64,000 bases of DNA from Vulcanimicrobiota bacterium (lineage in GTDB: Bacteria; Vulcanimicrobiota; Vulcanimicrobiia; Vulcanimicrobiales; Vulcanimicrobiaceae). Below are positions 36,468-46,486 of the stretch, in pieces. Position 1 is the first letter of the stretch, and each line of letters starts with the position of its first letter. A program made the translations under genes and the position numbers. The notes under the pieces were generated by a model, which worked only from the letters and a program-made list of their open reading frames with translations, had not been told where the DNA came from and did not search any database. The stretch is from NCBI GenBank assembly GCA_963786105.1, contig CAWAXX010000017.1, forward strand, positions 128,001 to 192,000, read 5' to 3'.

Positions 36468-38099
36468 CTAGATGCTCCATTGCCAAGCGTTCCAGGATTC
36501 GGTGACCGGGTTGGGTTTGAACCCTTTGAAGTCCACGCTGATCGCTTCTTGCTGGCGCTGCCACCAGAAGAAGACGTAGGGATTGTCGCGCTCGAGCAGG
36601 TGCTCGATTCGACCGTACGCGACCGCGCGCATTGCTTGATCGTAGGTGTCGAGCGCTTTCTTCTGGGCGGCTTCCATATCGGGATTGCAGTAGCGTGCGG
36701 TATTATAGCCGCCCGGGGGAATCATCGCGCACGTGAACTGCGACGAGTCGTCGGGATCGATGCCTCCGTACCAGGGTGCTAAGGTTAGATCGAATTTTCC
36801 ACCCTGAACGATGCCGCCCATCGGAGCAGACGCATACAGAAGGTTCTGCGGGTAGTATTTAACTTCGACCTCGATCCCGATGCGACTCAATGCCTCCTGC
36901 ACCAGCAAGCTCTCTTCGCGATGGGTTGCGTTGGCCGTGTCGGTAGCCAGCAGAAGCTGCAGAGCGTGCCCGCCCTTGCGAGCGATCCCATCGTCGCCAT
37001 AAACGTAGCCGGCCCGGCTCAAGAGCTTTTTAGCGGCCGCCACGTCGTACGGATGCGACTTGACCGTCGGGTCGAACGCCCACATCCAGTCGGGAAGGTC
37101 TTCCGTCGCGACCTTGTCCACATCGTGCGTCAAACGGCTTACCAAGCCGGCCTTCTCAAAGGCGTGGGCGATAGCGAGCCGCACGCGCGGATCCGACAAA
37201 GCTGGATGCGAGACGTTGAACTGCAGGCCCTCAAACGCATTGGCGTTCACGAACACCAGCTTCGTGCCGGCGAGGTTCTTTAGCGCGGGATTCGTGCTGA
37301 CGGAGGGTTGATAAAAATAGTCGATCGCGTGCGTTTGCAGCAAGTTGATCGCCGTATTCTCGTCGGGTACGAATTCGATCAGCACGCGGTCGAGAGCGGG
37401 CTTCCTCTCAAAGAATGCGGCGTTCGCTTGAAGGAGGAGGCGATCGCCATGCGTCCACGAGACGAAGCGGAATGGTCCGTCGCCAACCACCGGAGCTTGG
37501 TTGAAGGCCATCTGATTGACGTTCGGATACTTCGAAAGCACGTGTGCCGGGACGACGTCGTAGGGCTGGTCGCTCTCGGCAAAAAACGTGTTGACGAACG
37601 GCGCGAAGCGGTGCTTGAGATGCACGACGACGGTGTGGGCGTCGGGGGTGTCGACGGCTCTCACCATGTCGTAGCCGTGACGCGAGATGACGTTATCGTT
37701 CGGATTGACGATCGCTTGCCAGGACCACCGCACGTCGGCCGAAGTAACCGGAATGCCGTCGGTCCACTTGGCATCCTGGCGCAAGTGGTACGTAATGGTG
37801 AGACCGTCGCGGCTGATTCCGCCATTTTCGGTCGTCGGAACCATAATCGCCAGCATCGGCAGCGGGTTTCCGCGCGGGTCGGCCGTCAGCAGCGGCTCGA
37901 ACATCAATCGGGCGATGAAGCCGTCGTTGGTGGTCACCGCGAGCAGAGGGTTGAGGCTCTTGGGTTCTTGCACCATGGCAACGCGGAGCACGCTCGGCTG
38001 CGTCCACGCGTGCCGGCCGGCCTGGGTGCCGGGCGAGCCGGCCTTGCTGCAAGCCGCAACCAGCACGGCGACAAGGCTGGCGACCGCGACCGCTTTCAT
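36468..38099 (-). CDS. Peptide ABC transporter substrate-binding lipoprotein (SBP family 5), no permease nearby
   Basis: Lipobox VAAC; EPKSLNP; YHLR..AKWTDG.PVTSADV; GDGPF; D.RVRLAI. Confidence 0.92.
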   Translation of the reverse strand: MKAVAVASLVAVLVAACSKAGSPGTQAGRHAWTQPSVLRVAMVQEPKSLNPLLAVTTNDGFIARLMFEPLLTADPRGNPLPMLAIMVPTTENGGISRDGLTITYHLRQDAKWTDGIPVTSADVRWSWQAIVNPNDNVISRHGYDMVRAVDTPDAHTVVVHLKHRFAPFVNTFFAESDQPYDVVPAHVLSKYPNVNQMAFNQAPVVGDGPFRFVSWTHGDRLLLQANAAFFERKPALDRVLIEFVPDENTAINLLQTHAIDYFYQPSVSTNPALKNLAGTKLVFVNANAFEGLQFNVSHPALSDPRVRLAIAHAFEKAGLVSRLTHDVDKVATEDLPDWMWAFDPTVKSHPYDVAAAKKLLSRAGYVYGDDGIARKGGHALQLLLATDTANATHREESLLVQEALSRIGIEVEVKYYPQNLLYASAPMGGIVQGGKFDLTLAPWYGGIDPDDSSQFTCAMIPPGGYNTARYCNPDMEAAQKKALDTYDQAMRAVAYGRIEHLLERDNPYVFFWWQRQQEAISVDFKGFKPNPVTESWNAWQWSI

Positions 38100-38140
38100 A
38101 TACCTGGCACCTAATTGATAGCACGCCGCCGGAGCCCTTC

Positions 38141-38182
38141 GTCCTTCGACGGCGCTCTTTGCTCGCTCCGCTCAGGATGACA
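38141..38182 (+). repeat. Dispersed REP-like repeat copy upstream of purB
   Basis: TCCTTCGAC...CGCTCCGCTCAGGATGACA (core 38164-38182). Confidence 0.8.
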
Positions 38183-38231
38183 CCGGGCGACAGGCTCGGG
38201 CCGTTGCGGGGCGGAACGGAAATCCCGACCC

Positions 38232-39677
38232 ATGGATTATCGTACGTACGCCTCGCCGTTCTCCTGGAGATACGGTCGCACGGCCCTTCGCTCGCTTTTC
38301 TCCGAACGCACGCGTCGCCGGCTGTGGCGCGCGGTTTGGGTCGCGCTGGCCGAAGCGCAGGGCGCCGAGGGACTCATCAGTGAGGCGGAAGTCGACGATT
38401 TGCGAGCGCAGGCACATCGTATCGACATCGGGGCGGCGTTGGAGATCGAGCGCGAGATCCACCACGATCTCATGGCCGAGATTGCGGTTTTTTCGTCGCA
38501 GGCGACGGTGGGAGGCGGCAAAATCCATCTCGGCGCGACCTCGATGGACGTCGAGGATACGGTCGAGACGTACCGGCTGCGCTTGGCTCTTGCGTGGATA
38601 GGCGAAAGCCTCCAGGAGCTGCTAAAAGCGTTCGGCGAGAAAATACGCCGGTACGCCGACGTCGTGTGCATGGGCTTCACGCATTTGCAGCCGGCCGAAC
38701 CGACGACGCTGGGGTACCGGCTGGCAGTCTACGCACAAGATCTTCTCATCGACGATGCCAACCTGCGCTTCGTTTTCGAAAACCTCACGACCAAAGGCTT
38801 GCGCGGCGCGGTCGGCACGGCCGCGTCGTACGAACGGCTGCTGGACGACTCCGGACGGTCGTCCGAGATCGAAGACTACGTCCTCGAACGGTTCGGGCTG
38901 GAAGCGCGCGAGATCAGTACCCAAACCTACCCGCGTAAGCTCGATTACTTGCTGCTCTCGGGTTTGGCCGGACTGGGGGCGTCGCTCTCGAAGTTCGCCG
39001 CCGACGTGCGGGTTTTGAGCAGTCCCGAGTTCGGCGAAATCGGCGAGCCGTTCGGTCGCGCGCAGGTCGGGAGTTCGGCCATGCCGTTCAAGCGCAACCC
39101 GATCCTGTGCGAACGGATCGATTCGCTGGCGCGCCTGCTGATCGGCTATAGCGATTGCGCGTGGCAGAATGCCGCGACGAATTTGCTCGAGCGGACCCTG
39201 GACGACAGCGCGAACCGCCGCACGATCTTGCCCGAAGCCATGCTGTGCACGGACGAGATCGTCTCGTTGGCGCGCCGGGTCGTCGAAGGACTACGCGTCG
39301 ACGAACGCCGGATCGCGCAAAACTTGCGAACGTACGGACCGTTTGCCGGGACTGAATCCGTGATGATGGAAGCGGTTCGATCGGGTGGCGACCGGCAACG
39401 GCTCCACGAGACGCTCCGGCTCGCTTCGATGGAATCCTGGGAGGCGTTGGCGCGCGGACAGGACAATCCGCTTTCGCGGTTGCTCACCGAGGACCGCGCC
39501 CTTACGACGTTGATCGACCCGGCGGAGATTCGCTTGCTGCTCGAACCGGGCAAGCACGTCGGTACGGCGCCTCAACGTGCGCGCCTGTTGGCAGACCGGA
39601 TCGAGCAGCTCGAACCGTTTCCCCGGCAAGAGGAAGTCACACTCACACACCCCCAGGATGACGTTACGGATGAATAA
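38232..39677 (+). CDS. purB: Adenylosuccinate lyase
   Basis: SP..RY; HHDLMA; IHLGATS.D; GFTHLQPAEPTT; GSSAMPFKRNP; LERTLDDSA.RR. Confidence 0.95.
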   Translation: MDYRTYASPFSWRYGRTALRSLFSERTRRRLWRAVWVALAEAQGAEGLISEAEVDDLRAQAHRIDIGAALEIEREIHHDLMAEIAVFSSQATVGGGKIHLGATSMDVEDTVETYRLRLALAWIGESLQELLKAFGEKIRRYADVVCMGFTHLQPAEPTTLGYRLAVYAQDLLIDDANLRFVFENLTTKGLRGAVGTAASYERLLDDSGRSSEIEDYVLERFGLEAREISTQTYPRKLDYLLLSGLAGLGASLSKFAADVRVLSSPEFGEIGEPFGRAQVGSSAMPFKRNPILCERIDSLARLLIGYSDCAWQNAATNLLERTLDDSANRRTILPEAMLCTDEIVSLARRVVEGLRVDERRIAQNLRTYGPFAGTESVMMEAVRSGGDRQRLHETLRLASMESWEALARGQDNPLSRLLTEDRALTTLIDPAEIRLLLEPGKHVGTAPQRARLLADRIEQLEPFPRQEEVTLTHPQDDVTDE

Positions 39678-40869
39678 GGGCATCGAGATCGCGCGCGGCA
39701 AGACCAAGGTACTGTACGAGGTTCCCGGACAGCCGGCTCAATTGGTGGTCGCACAAACCGATCAAATTTCCGCGGGAGACGGAGCGCGCCGGCACGTGAT
39801 CTTAGGGAAGGGCCGCCTCGCGGCGCAGACGACCGCTCGCGTGTTCCGGCTGCTTAACCTGTGCGGGCTGCCGACGCACTACCTCAACGGCGGCGAAGAC
39901 GACGACGACAACGAGATGGTCGTGCGGCGCTGCAACATGATTCCGCTGGAAGTCGTAACCCGCGGCGTGGCTGCCGGATCGTTCGTCAAGCGTAATCCGG
40001 CCGCAGCCCGTGGCGCGCTGCTGGTGCCGCGGGTGGTCGAGTTCTTCGTGAAAGACGACGCCAACCACGATCCACTCATCGCACCCGATCAAATCGTCGC
40101 ACAGAACGTCGCGGCGCCGCACGAAGTGGCGACGATGACCGAGCTGGCGCGGTTGGTCTTCGATATACTTGCCCACGCCTGGCGCCGGCGCGATGTGATG
40201 CTGGTCGACCTCAAGATCGAGTTCGGACGGCTTGCGAGCGGCGAAAATCAGGGGCAACTAGTGATTGCCGACGTGATCGACAACGACTCCTGGCGTATCT
40301 GGCCGCAGGGTCGCGAAGATCTGATGCTCGACAAGCAGATGTACCGTAATCTCGAATCCGTCGACGATGAAGCCCTTGCAAACGTTAAGCGTGCCTACGA
40401 GCGAGTCGCCGAACTCGTCGGATCGTTTCCGGTGATGCGCCCCGGCATGGTGGCAATCGTCGCCGACTCCGCCGGCGGCGTGGAGCGAGCCAACGAAATC
40501 GCGGCCGCGCTGGGGCAGCTTGGCCTGCCGACGGTGCGTCACGTCGCGAGTCCGGCGACCACGCCGGGCTACGTGCTGCAACTCGTCCAACAAATCGAGA
40601 CGACCTTCGCACGGTTGGCGTTCGTATCGGTCGGCGAAGACGATCTGTTGCGCGCTATGCTGGATGCGGCATCATCGTCCCCGGTGCTCGACGGCGGCTT
40701 GGACCCCGCGCAGCTGGCGCTGCAATGCGCCAAGGTCTTCGGACTAGAAGACACGGTACTATTCGGGCGTACGCTGTTGATGCAGGCCAACGCGCGATCG
40801 AGCGTCATCGCGGCCGACTCGTCACTCCAGCAGCAAATGCAGGTTCCGCAGGGGGCGGTCATTGGTTAA
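39670..40869 (+). CDS. purC: SAICAR synthetase fused to a degenerate AIR-carboxylase-like domain (PAICS architecture)
   Basis: GKTKVLY; MIPLEVV.R..AAGSFVKRNP; KDDANHDP; DLKIEFG; ADVIDNDSWRIWP; about 140-aa C-terminal extension. Confidence 0.9.
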   Translation: MNKGIEIARGKTKVLYEVPGQPAQLVVAQTDQISAGDGARRHVILGKGRLAAQTTARVFRLLNLCGLPTHYLNGGEDDDDNEMVVRRCNMIPLEVVTRGVAAGSFVKRNPAAARGALLVPRVVEFFVKDDANHDPLIAPDQIVAQNVAAPHEVATMTELARLVFDILAHAWRRRDVMLVDLKIEFGRLASGENQGQLVIADVIDNDSWRIWPQGREDLMLDKQMYRNLESVDDEALANVKRAYERVAELVGSFPVMRPGMVAIVADSAGGVERANEIAAALGQLGLPTVRHVASPATTPGYVLQLVQQIETTFARLAFVSVGEDDLLRAMLDAASSSPVLDGGLDPAQLALQCAKVFGLEDTVLFGRTLLMQANARSSVIAADSSLQQQMQVPQGAVIG

Positions 40870-43069
40870 TCCCCAGGCACCGCAACTGCGCGTGGCCCTG
40901 TCGGACGACGAACTGCTCGCGATCTCGCGGCACTTGGGACGCGCACCCTCGCCGGTAGAGTTATACGCGTTCGACGCCCAATGGAGCGAGCATTGCAGCT
41001 ATAAGTCGAGCAGGCGGCATCTGAAGAAGCTGCCGAGCAGCGGCGCAAACGTGGTGTTGGGTCCCGGAGAAGATTCCGGCATTCTGCATCTTGGCGAACA
41101 CGATGGCGAACGATACGGCATCGTGGTGGCACACGAGTCTCACAACCATCCGTCGCAAGTCGTACCGTTCGAAGGGGCGGCAACCGGCATCGGCGGCATC
41201 GTCCGCGACGTGCTGTGCATGGGTTCGAGGGTGATCGCGGTCGCGGACCCGCTACGCTTCGGGCGTGTCGACGATCCGCAGTCGCATCAGCGTTACGTGG
41301 CGCGCAGCGTGGTCGATGGAATCGGCGCTTACGGCAACGCGATCGGCGTGCCGAATCTCGCCGGCGATGCTTACTTCGATGAAGGTTTCGACGACAACTG
41401 TCTGGTGAACGTCGTCGCCCTCGGCATCGTCAAAGAATCGGAGATCATTCGTTCGCACGCTCCGCCCGGAGCTGACGGGTGGGACGTCGTGCTCGTTGGA
41501 AAGGCAACCGATCCCAGCGGGTTCGGCGGAGCGTCGTTTTCATCGGTTACGCTCGACTCGACCGACGAAGAATCCAACAAGGGCGCCGTCCAAGTTCCCG
41601 ATCCCTTTCTCGAGAACGTGCTGATGCGGGCGAGCTATCGCGTATTCGCGTTGTTGCACGAGCGCGGCATCGTCGCGGCTTTCAAGGATCTCGGCGCGGG
41701 CGGTATCATGGGCTGCTCGGCAGAGATCGTGGCGAGCGGCGGCTACGGCGCCGATCTCAATCTCGACGAGGTCAACGTGGCCGTCGGTGGGCTGCCGCCC
41801 GAAGTGATCGCCGTCGGCGAGACGCAAGAACGCCTGCTGTGGGTGCTACCGCCCGACCTGACCCCAGACGTGTTGGCCATCTATAACGACGAATTCACCT
41901 TGCCGCAGGTGGCCTTCAACGCGCGCGCGACGGTGGTGGGCCGCGTAACGCACGCGAAGCGCTACGTGTTGCGTTATCGCGGTGCGATCGTTATGGACGT
42001 CGACATTGACTTTCTCACCGGTCGCATCGACGACGAGTTGCCGTACGTCGAAGCGATTCGCCACGAGCCCGGGCGTCGCGAGCTTCCGGCGGTTGACGTG
42101 GATGACGTGTTTCCGAAAATTCTCGCCCATCCCGACGTGTGTTCGCGCGAGCCGCTCTACCGGCGATACGACTGGGTGGTACGCGGCGCGACGGTGCTGC
42201 CTCGCGGCGCCGCCGATGCCGGCGTCGTGGCGCCCTTGCCCGGCTCGACGCTCGGCGTTGCGCTGAGCGTCGCCGGCAATCCACGCTACGGCCGCGTCAA
42301 CCCGCGCGCGGCCGCGGAGCTGGCGGTACTCGAGGCGGTTCATCGCGTGATCGCGGTCGGTGCGCGACCGCTCGGATTGACCGACTGTTTGAATTTCGGC
42401 AATCCCCATAAGCCCGAACAATACGGCGAGCTGGTTGCGGCGATCGACGGCCTGGGACACGCGGCGCGGGAGTTAGGTTTGGCGTTCGTTTCCGGAAATG
42501 TGAGCCTGTATAACGAGTCAAAATCCGGCGGAGCGATTCCGCCGTCGGCGATCGTCGCCTGCATCGGGGCATTTCGCGACGTATCGCGCGCGATCACACC
42601 GGGACTCAAGCGCGCCGGCTCCGTCCTCTTGTGGGTCGGTAGCCGCGAGCTGGTCGTGGGCGGCTCGGTGCTGGCCGACGTGCTCGGCATGGATGGTCCG
42701 CTGCCAGAGATCTCGTACGACTCGGAACGTACCGCCATCGGGATCGTCGAAACGGCAATCTCCGCAGGCGTCCTGTTGTCGTGCCGGGTCATTTCCGACG
42801 GCGGAATGCTGACCGCCCTCGCGCGGCTCGCATTCGACGCGCGTAACGCCGGACGGCACCTCGGCGCCGAGTTGGATTTCGGCAATCCGCTGTGCGAGGC
42901 CGGCGGTTTTCTCTGCGAGGTGAGCGACGACGCATTGCTCGACGTAACCGGGAGTTTGAAGGTCGGTACGGTCGTTGACGAACCACGCCTGGTGGTGAAC
43001 GGAACGAGTTTCGACGTTGCCGCCCTGTACGACGTGTGGTCGAAGCCGCTGGCGGAGATCTACCCGTGA
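40862..43069 (+). CDS. purL: FGAM synthase, synthetase subunit
   Basis: WSEHCSYKSS; ESHNHPS..PFEGAATG.GGIVRD; DLGAGG; ETQER; TDCLNFGNP; VSGNVSLYN. Confidence 0.97.
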   Translation: MVNPQAPQLRVALSDDELLAISRHLGRAPSPVELYAFDAQWSEHCSYKSSRRHLKKLPSSGANVVLGPGEDSGILHLGEHDGERYGIVVAHESHNHPSQVVPFEGAATGIGGIVRDVLCMGSRVIAVADPLRFGRVDDPQSHQRYVARSVVDGIGAYGNAIGVPNLAGDAYFDEGFDDNCLVNVVALGIVKESEIIRSHAPPGADGWDVVLVGKATDPSGFGGASFSSVTLDSTDEESNKGAVQVPDPFLENVLMRASYRVFALLHERGIVAAFKDLGAGGIMGCSAEIVASGGYGADLNLDEVNVAVGGLPPEVIAVGETQERLLWVLPPDLTPDVLAIYNDEFTLPQVAFNARATVVGRVTHAKRYVLRYRGAIVMDVDIDFLTGRIDDELPYVEAIRHEPGRRELPAVDVDDVFPKILAHPDVCSREPLYRRYDWVVRGATVLPRGAADAGVVAPLPGSTLGVALSVAGNPRYGRVNPRAAAELAVLEAVHRVIAVGARPLGLTDCLNFGNPHKPEQYGELVAAIDGLGHAARELGLAFVSGNVSLYNESKSGGAIPPSAIVACIGAFRDVSRAITPGLKRAGSVLLWVGSRELVVGGSVLADVLGMDGPLPEISYDSERTAIGIVETAISAGVLLSCRVISDGGMLTALARLAFDARNAGRHLGAELDFGNPLCEAGGFLCEVSDDALLDVTGSLKVGTVVDEPRLVVNGTSFDVAALYDVWSKPLAEIYP

Positions 43070-43842
43070 ACCCGGTGAGGCGGATTGCGGTGTTGGTGTT
43101 TCCGGGCACGAACTCGGAGGACGAAACGCTTCGCCTGTTGCGAGCCTGCGGCGGGAATGCGGAACTCGTGCATTGGTCGCGCGCGCAGCGTCTGGCCGAA
43201 TACGACGCCTACGTCTTGCCCGGCGGCTTCGCGTACGAGGACCGGATACGCGCTGGCGCGGTTTCGGCGCACGATAGCATGATGGACGACGTGATTGCGG
43301 GCGCCGCGTCGGGCAAGCTGGTCTTCGGCGTGTGCAACGGAGCGCAGATTTTGTTGGAAGCCGGATTGGTTCCCGGGACCGGCCCCATACGCCGGCCGAC
43401 CGCAGCGTTTACCGGCAACGGTCCGCTGCCTCATTTCGTATGCCGGCACGTGTACATGAAGCTCGCCATCGAGCCGTCGCGCTGTGCGATGACCACGCGG
43501 CTGCCGGACGGCGCGGCGATCCCCGCATACGCAGCTCATGGTGAGGGACGCTTAGCGGCAAGTGCGCAGCACTTGCAGGAGATCGTCGACGGCGAGCACC
43601 TGGCGTTCGTGTACGCGCACGGCGACGGGCGCGTCGACGCGGAGGCCGTTCCCAACGGATCGGCGCTGGGTTGTGCCGGGCTGGTGAACCGGGAAGGCAA
43701 CGTCCTCGCGATTATGCCGCATCCCGAACGCGACGCGTGGAACTTCAATCATCTCGATCGGCAAGAAGGCAGCGACGTGTTGGCGCCGTCGGGCGGTGCG
43801 GTATTGTTCCGCAGCTTCGTCGACGCGGTGAACGGCCGATGA
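43066..43842 (+). CDS. purQ: FGAM synthase, glutaminase subunit
   Basis: FPGTNSE; LPGGFAYED..RAG; GVCNG.QIL.EAGL; AHGEG; MPHPER. Confidence 0.95.
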   Translation: MNPVRRIAVLVFPGTNSEDETLRLLRACGGNAELVHWSRAQRLAEYDAYVLPGGFAYEDRIRAGAVSAHDSMMDDVIAGAASGKLVFGVCNGAQILLEAGLVPGTGPIRRPTAAFTGNGPLPHFVCRHVYMKLAIEPSRCAMTTRLPDGAAIPAYAAHGEGRLAASAQHLQEIVDGEHLAFVYAHGDGRVDAEAVPNGSALGCAGLVNREGNVLAIMPHPERDAWNFNHLDRQEGSDVLAPSGGAVLFRSFVDAVNGR

Positions 43843-44291
43843 CCGAGCGCGTCGTGGCGATCGAGCTGAAGATTCCCGACAACGAGGCGTATACCGCGCT
43901 GACGGCGTTGCAACGAATGGGCCTCACCGTCGATCGGGTCGAGCGCAGCGAAGTTTGGCATCTCGACGATGCCGGCGAGCCCGCCACGCTGGCTGCGCGC
44001 GTCGAAGCCAACGCGACGATTTTCAATCCAAATAAGCACCGGCTGGAAGTGCTCGAGCGGCATTCCCCGCGTGCAGGCGAGACGTGGATCGAAGAGGCCG
44101 GCGAGCACGACGAAGTTCGCGAGCACCTCGGAGGCACGAACATCGCGGGTGTCGGCCGCTCGAGCCGCTCGGTAGGTTGGCGGCTGCACGGTCCGGATGG
44201 CGCGCCCGTCTCTCGTGAGACGCTCGTGCGTGCCGTCGAAGGGTTACTCTGCAATCCCGCCATCGAGAAAGCGCGTTATGAAGGTGAGTAG
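43839..44291 (+). CDS. purS: Double-length PurS-like protein (150 aa)
   Basis: Follows purQ with ATGA overlap; halves end in IFNPNKH and LLCNPAIE (cf. PurS LLANPVIE). Confidence 0.6.
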   Translation: MTERVVAIELKIPDNEAYTALTALQRMGLTVDRVERSEVWHLDDAGEPATLAARVEANATIFNPNKHRLEVLERHSPRAGETWIEEAGEHDEVREHLGGTNIAGVGRSSRSVGWRLHGPDGAPVSRETLVRAVEGLLCNPAIEKARYEGE

Positions 44292-44345
44292 TACCACGTG
44301 TCATCGGCAGCGCAGGCGCTCCGCGCCGCAGTCGCAGGACGTCCC

Positions 44346-45368
44346 ATGAACCGCCCTTACACCATCGCTACGCTCGGGTCTCACTCGGCGCTTCAAATCC
44401 TCAAAGGTGCGCACGATGAGGGATTCAAGACGCTGGCGATCTCCAATCGCGACACCGAGCGCTTGTACCACTCCTTCGGATTTGTCGACGAGGTGATCGC
44501 GCTGGGCAGCTACTCCGAGTTCATGGGGCAAGTCGACGAGCTTGCCCGCCGCAAGGTCATCATCGTGCCTCACGGTTCCTTCGTTGCCTACCTGTCGCTT
44601 GACGAACAGAAGAAGATGACGATTCCGTATTTCGGCAACAAGGCGGTGCTCGATTGGGAAGCGAGTCGCGAGCTGCAGCGCGAGTGGTTGTCGCGGGCGG
44701 GCTTGACCCTTCCACGCCAGTTTAAGAGCGGCGCTGAAATCGACCGGCCTGTCATCGTGAAGCTCTACGGCGCTGCCGGCGGCAAGGGCTACATGTTCAT
44801 TCAAGACGCCAACGACTTCGAAGTCCGTGCGGCTCATCTTAAAGAAGAGCACATCATCCAGGAGTACATTATCGGCGTTCCGCTCTACATTCACTACTTC
44901 TACTCGCCGTTAGAAAACAAGCTCGAGATCATGTCGATGGATCGCCGCTACGAAACGAACGTCGATTCGCTTGGGCGCATTCCGGCCGCCGCGCAGGGAA
45001 GCATGGACGTGAGCCCTTCGTACGTCGTCGTCGGCAACCAGCCGGTGTCGCTGCGCGAGTCGATGCTGGCCGAAGCGCTGCGAATGGGCGACAACGTGAT
45101 ACGGGTCAGCAAAGAGATCTGCGGACCGAAAGGCCTGTTCGGGGCGTTCTGCATCGAGACGATCATTACGCCCGACATCCAGTTCTACGTCATGGAAATT
45201 TCGGCGCGAATCGTGGCCGGAACCAACCTCTTCATCGACGGCTCGCCGTACTCGTACCTAAACTACTCCGAGCCGATGTCGACCGGACGCCGTATTGCCC
45301 GAGAACTCAAAAACGCACTCCTCACGAACAACCTTCGTTTAGTACTAGATGACTCGAGCATTCTGTAG
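44346..45368 (+). CDS. purP: Archaeal-type formate-dependent FAICAR synthetase-like ATP-grasp enzyme, paralog 1
   Basis: IATLGSHSALQILKGA; PHGSFVAY; GGKGY; DRRYETNVD; VVVGN.P..LRES; EISARIVAGTN; MSTGRRIARE; alternative GTG start at 44298. Confidence 0.88.
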   Translation: MNRPYTIATLGSHSALQILKGAHDEGFKTLAISNRDTERLYHSFGFVDEVIALGSYSEFMGQVDELARRKVIIVPHGSFVAYLSLDEQKKMTIPYFGNKAVLDWEASRELQREWLSRAGLTLPRQFKSGAEIDRPVIVKLYGAAGGKGYMFIQDANDFEVRAAHLKEEHIIQEYIIGVPLYIHYFYSPLENKLEIMSMDRRYETNVDSLGRIPAAAQGSMDVSPSYVVVGNQPVSLRESMLAEALRMGDNVIRVSKEICGPKGLFGAFCIETIITPDIQFYVMEISARIVAGTNLFIDGSPYSYLNYSEPMSTGRRIARELKNALLTNNLRLVLDDSSIL

Positions 45369-46473
45369 ACGTTTCCTCACCATAACCGCACTCGTCGGCG
45401 CGATGTCACTTCCGGTCGTGGCCAGAGCGACGCTCGTAGCGGATCCGGCCGTGCTGTACCAGCAGATGAAGGACGCCTACGCTAAGGGCAGCGCCAATGG
45501 CTGGAGTTACCGCTCGCAAGAGTATTACCTCTCGACGATCTTCAATGCGGGGCGCGCGTATTCGCTGCAGTACCCCGGCGATCCGGCGTACGGCGAACTG
45601 GCGACCCTCACCGTGCAGATCGGCACGGGGCTGCACTACAATCCGTTGACCAATCACGACGCGGCGGTGTGGTGGGTGCGCGAGGCGAGCGACTGGATCG
45701 CGAAACACTCGCAGGACGGGATGTTGATCTCCCAAGCCGTCGGCATGCTACAGCGCGTGAACTCAGAAGACGACCCGGAAAACCTGGCGCGCCTGGCCGA
45801 CGCCGACGCCACCGCCAATTTGCAGACGTATCCGCGCGACGTCGATGCGATGTTGACGCAGGTCGAGGCGAACTGGCGCGGCTGGGTGCTCACGCACAAT
45901 CCTTCGTGGCGGAGCCTCGCGCTGCAGCGCGCGGCGGCTCCGGACTTTCCGATCGCGCACTTGCCGACGACGTGGGGCAACGATTTCATTGCGGCGGCGG
46001 ATTCGGCCACGGTTGGGCGCGTCGGATTTACGCCGGCTGACGTGCAGAACTCGGCGACGATCGTCCGGCGCCTCAAGGCGGTCGATCCGATTCGAGTAAT
46101 CGCGACGGTAACGGCGTTGCCGCACGACGCGTACATGACCACCCTCGCGCCCGCCGACGAATACTTCGGTCGTATGGGCATGTCGATTCTGGGAATCGAA
46201 AACCAGCTCAAGCACATCAACCTCATGCTCGACTACAATTATGGCGACCGCGAGAGTGCCGAGACGGTGCTGGTTGCCGAATCGATCGACGACATGCACA
46301 AGGTCTACCCGCGGGACCGCGACCTGCCGATGCTGCTGTATTGGTGCTATACCACCTTGCAGCGAATGGGCGATAAGGAATCGCGGGAGGCGGCTTCGCG
46401 TTTGAGGGCGATTCTCACCGTGGAGTATCAAGACAGTCCACAAGCGCGCAAAATTCTAAGCGGCCAGACGTGA
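45349..46473 (+). CDS. Secreted alpha-helical hypothetical protein
   Basis: Signal peptide; C-terminal APADEYFGRMGMSILGI.N region; no family recognised. Confidence 0.7.
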   Translation: MTRAFCRRFLTITALVGAMSLPVVARATLVADPAVLYQQMKDAYAKGSANGWSYRSQEYYLSTIFNAGRAYSLQYPGDPAYGELATLTVQIGTGLHYNPLTNHDAAVWWVREASDWIAKHSQDGMLISQAVGMLQRVNSEDDPENLARLADADATANLQTYPRDVDAMLTQVEANWRGWVLTHNPSWRSLALQRAAAPDFPIAHLPTTWGNDFIAAADSATVGRVGFTPADVQNSATIVRRLKAVDPIRVIATVTALPHDAYMTTLAPADEYFGRMGMSILGIENQLKHINLMLDYNYGDRESAETVLVAESIDDMHKVYPRDRDLPMLLYWCYTTLQRMGDKESREAASRLRAILTVEYQDSPQARKILSGQT

Positions 46474-46486
46474 GCGCGGTTTTCTA

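Noticed and set aside
39654..39662. Full repeat copy in the purB tail
   Set aside because: Only 9 nt (CAGGATGAC) match, which is compatible with chance
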